Of a stretch of DNA of 64,000 nucleotides, positions 62,709 to 64,000 are shown piece by piece. How positions within the stretch are numbered: position 1 is the stretch's first letter; every line of letters starts with the position of its first letter. The stretch spans positions 26,446 through 90,445 of the forward strand of contig JAKAFY010000001.1 in the NCBI GenBank assembly GCA_021817785.1, read 5' to 3'. Source of the DNA: a bacterium. GTDB taxonomy: Bacteria > Patescibacteriota > Microgenomatia > UBA10105 > UBA927. The notes under the pieces are model-generated. The model worked only from the letters and a program-made list of their open reading frames with translations, made no database searches and was not told where the DNA came from. The position numbers were made by a program, and so were the translations under genes.

Positions 62709-63347
62709 CTATACGTTTGAATCTTTATTGGATTCCAGAATATAATTTGCTAATTCTTTTCTACTCCATAACTCTACATTTAATTTATTTGATACGTATT
62801 CAGCATTTTTCGTAAAGCTGCTATTTGTTATGACAAGGGCATGGTCACAGTTAAACATCGCCTTTGCAGCAACTAGCTTTTCTACTGCCGTATTGTCTAC
62901 GTGCTCATGTTGTCGATAGCGTTTGGCTTGCACCGCAGTTTTTTGTCCATCCTTAGTAATTATCAAATCTGCACCATACTCGTTACCCGGATGTGACTGA
63001 GAAAAATGATCAACGGAATATCCTAATCTCTGAAACAGAATCACCAAGTATTTCTCAAATTGCTCACCCGTCATTTTGTCAATCTCTGGTAGCCCGGCTC
63101 GAAAGATTTTTAGTTGTTCATATATCTGATAAACAAAACCAATGATTACAAGCTCTGCAAGAAGAACTAGGAGGGCCCAGACCCATGCGGGAACAAACAC
63201 ATCGACATTTGGGATATATGCACCAGTTGTTGTAATACCGTGGTTCTTGGTAATAACAAGGAACCCGATATACCCGGCTAAAAGAGCTCCAAATTGATAC
63301 AATAAATTCTCTAACGAATATTTCGATCTACGCCTATAACTCATCAA
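62709..63347 (-). CDS. membrane-anchored Mrr_cat-type restriction endonuclease-like protein
   Basis: Two N-terminal TM helices, then GEQFEKYLVILFQRLGYSVDHFSQSHPGNEYGADLIITKDGQKTAVQAKRYRQHEHV (PD-(D/E)xK Mrr catalytic core). Confidence 0.65.
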   Translation of the reverse strand: MMSYRRRSKYSLENLLYQFGALLAGYIGFLVITKNHGITTTGAYIPNVDVFVPAWVWALLVLLAELVIIGFVYQIYEQLKIFRAGLPEIDKMTGEQFEKYLVILFQRLGYSVDHFSQSHPGNEYGADLIITKDGQKTAVQAKRYRQHEHVDNTAVEKLVAAKAMFNCDHALVITNSSFTKNAEYVSNKLNVELWSRKELANYILESNKDSNV

Positions 63348-63470
63348 TTACCACTATATACCGCAGTGAAAAAAAGTTCCAATTCGTTCCAAACTGATGT
63401 ACTACATACCATTCGGTCTACGGCTATAACGCAAATTTCACCCATACACTGAAGGCGCAGAGCTCCAGAA

Positions 63471-63812
63471 CTATGAAGATGTATGTACTCCCCTAGCGCC
63501 CATATACACCATGACCAACAACACAATTGCTTCTATATGATACCCATCCGGACGAAGAAGTCTTTGCATAAATGCGGTATTTTGATGAAAGACTACATGA
63601 AATACGACGGAAATGGGCAACGTAAACCACAGCCACGCTGTCCGGGAAACACGTACGGAGAATTTTGCAGCCAGTCGGGACAGGATCGGTGCCAAAATAT
63701 AGATCCCTATATAGGAGACGACGACATCAAAAATCGCATACGGACCAATCCGGAAGTGCCGCAGATATGTTATATCTATCACCCGTATAGTGTACCAGAT
63801 GCTTTCCTCCAC
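63471..63812 (-). CDS. hypothetical membrane protein
   Basis: 113 aa, hydrophobic. No motifs. Confidence 0.3.
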   Translation of the reverse strand: MEESIWYTIRVIDITYLRHFRIGPYAIFDVVVSYIGIYILAPILSRLAAKFSVRVSRTAWLWFTLPISVVFHVVFHQNTAFMQRLLRPDGYHIEAIVLLVMVYMGARGVHTSS

Positions 63813-63937
63813 AAGGGATACTAATCAATGTAAGTCTAAAATATTCTATTCAATCGCTTCCATATCATCGTGTATACAAAAATTTGTATTTTATATCACA
63901 CATTACTACACTGGATAATAGAAAGGGGTACCACGTT

Positions 63938-64000
63938 ATGAAATCATCATCTTCGCTTTCCAGACAAACGTTCGGCATGATGATCGGCCTCGGAGTCCAA
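63938..64000 (+). CDS. partial CDS start (MKSSSSLSRQTFGMMIGLGVQ...), function unknown
   Basis: ATG preceded by AAAGGGG. Runs off the window end. Confidence 0.3.
   Translation, partial: MKSSSSLSRQTFGMMIGLGVQ

Overview
The window is moderately GC-rich with one conspicuously AT-rich block of about 4 kb (27.8-31.9 kb) and an AT-rich tail (61.6-63.8 kb). Most genes lie on the minus strand and are tightly packed, with many 4-nt ATGA start/stop overlaps. Major blocks are listed below.

(1) 1-22.7 kb: a very large cell-envelope glycosylation supercluster.
- Sugar-nucleotide genes: rmlA, rmlB, rmlD (no rmlC found), ugd, and a Gmd/Rmd-like dehydratase.
- Three DPM1/Ppm1-like polyprenol-phosphate sugar synthases, one fused to a GtrA domain.
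- Six polytopic GT-C-fold membrane proteins: 3 YfhO-like (one runs off the left edge and is missing from the ORF track), 2 ArnT/PMT-like, and 1 DUF2029-like.
- Three more GT2 enzymes, a Wzx-type flippase, and a convergently encoded SemiSWEET-like (PQ-loop) sugar transporter.

(2) 24.4-26.5 kb: t6A genes tsaB (short), tsaC and tsaE. A YdeN-like hydrolase is embedded among them, and an 8/16-bp tandem repeat array sits between tsaE and tsaC.

(3) 27.8-31.9 kb: a low-GC cassette island of 7 small genes of unknown function, including a DUF4145/zinc-ribbon protein and a P-loop NTPase.
- Cassette boundaries carry a repeated GC-rich palindrome, CACACCGGGGGTGTGGGTGA.
- The last ~8 codons of the adjacent coiled-coil C39-like peptidase gene are duplicated.
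- The island therefore looks inserted into the 3' end of that PcsB-like gene, which lies immediately downstream of ftsE-ftsX.

(4) Housekeeping and transport genes:
- prfB, a ZIP transporter, ruvCAB.
- Two DsbA-like oxidoreductases, one with apparently permuted domain order.
- A MacAB-like efflux system and a P-type ATPase.
- tadA-like deaminase, secA, serS, rdgB.
- lysS with a C-terminal DUF2000-like extension, greA.
- tRNA-Glu(CUC) followed by degenerate copies of its own 3' end and a membrane Mrr-like nuclease, suggesting an integration hotspot.
- A histidine-phosphatase gene preceded by a ~240-nt leader that ends in a terminator/anti-SD hairpin, suggesting a riboswitch-like control element.

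The gene content (short TsaB, four-helix-bundle protein, many GT-C/DPM1-like genes) is compatible with a small-genome, possibly CPR/Patescibacteria-like, bacterium; this is inference only.

Coordinates for non-CDS features were hand-indexed and may be off by 1-2 nt.
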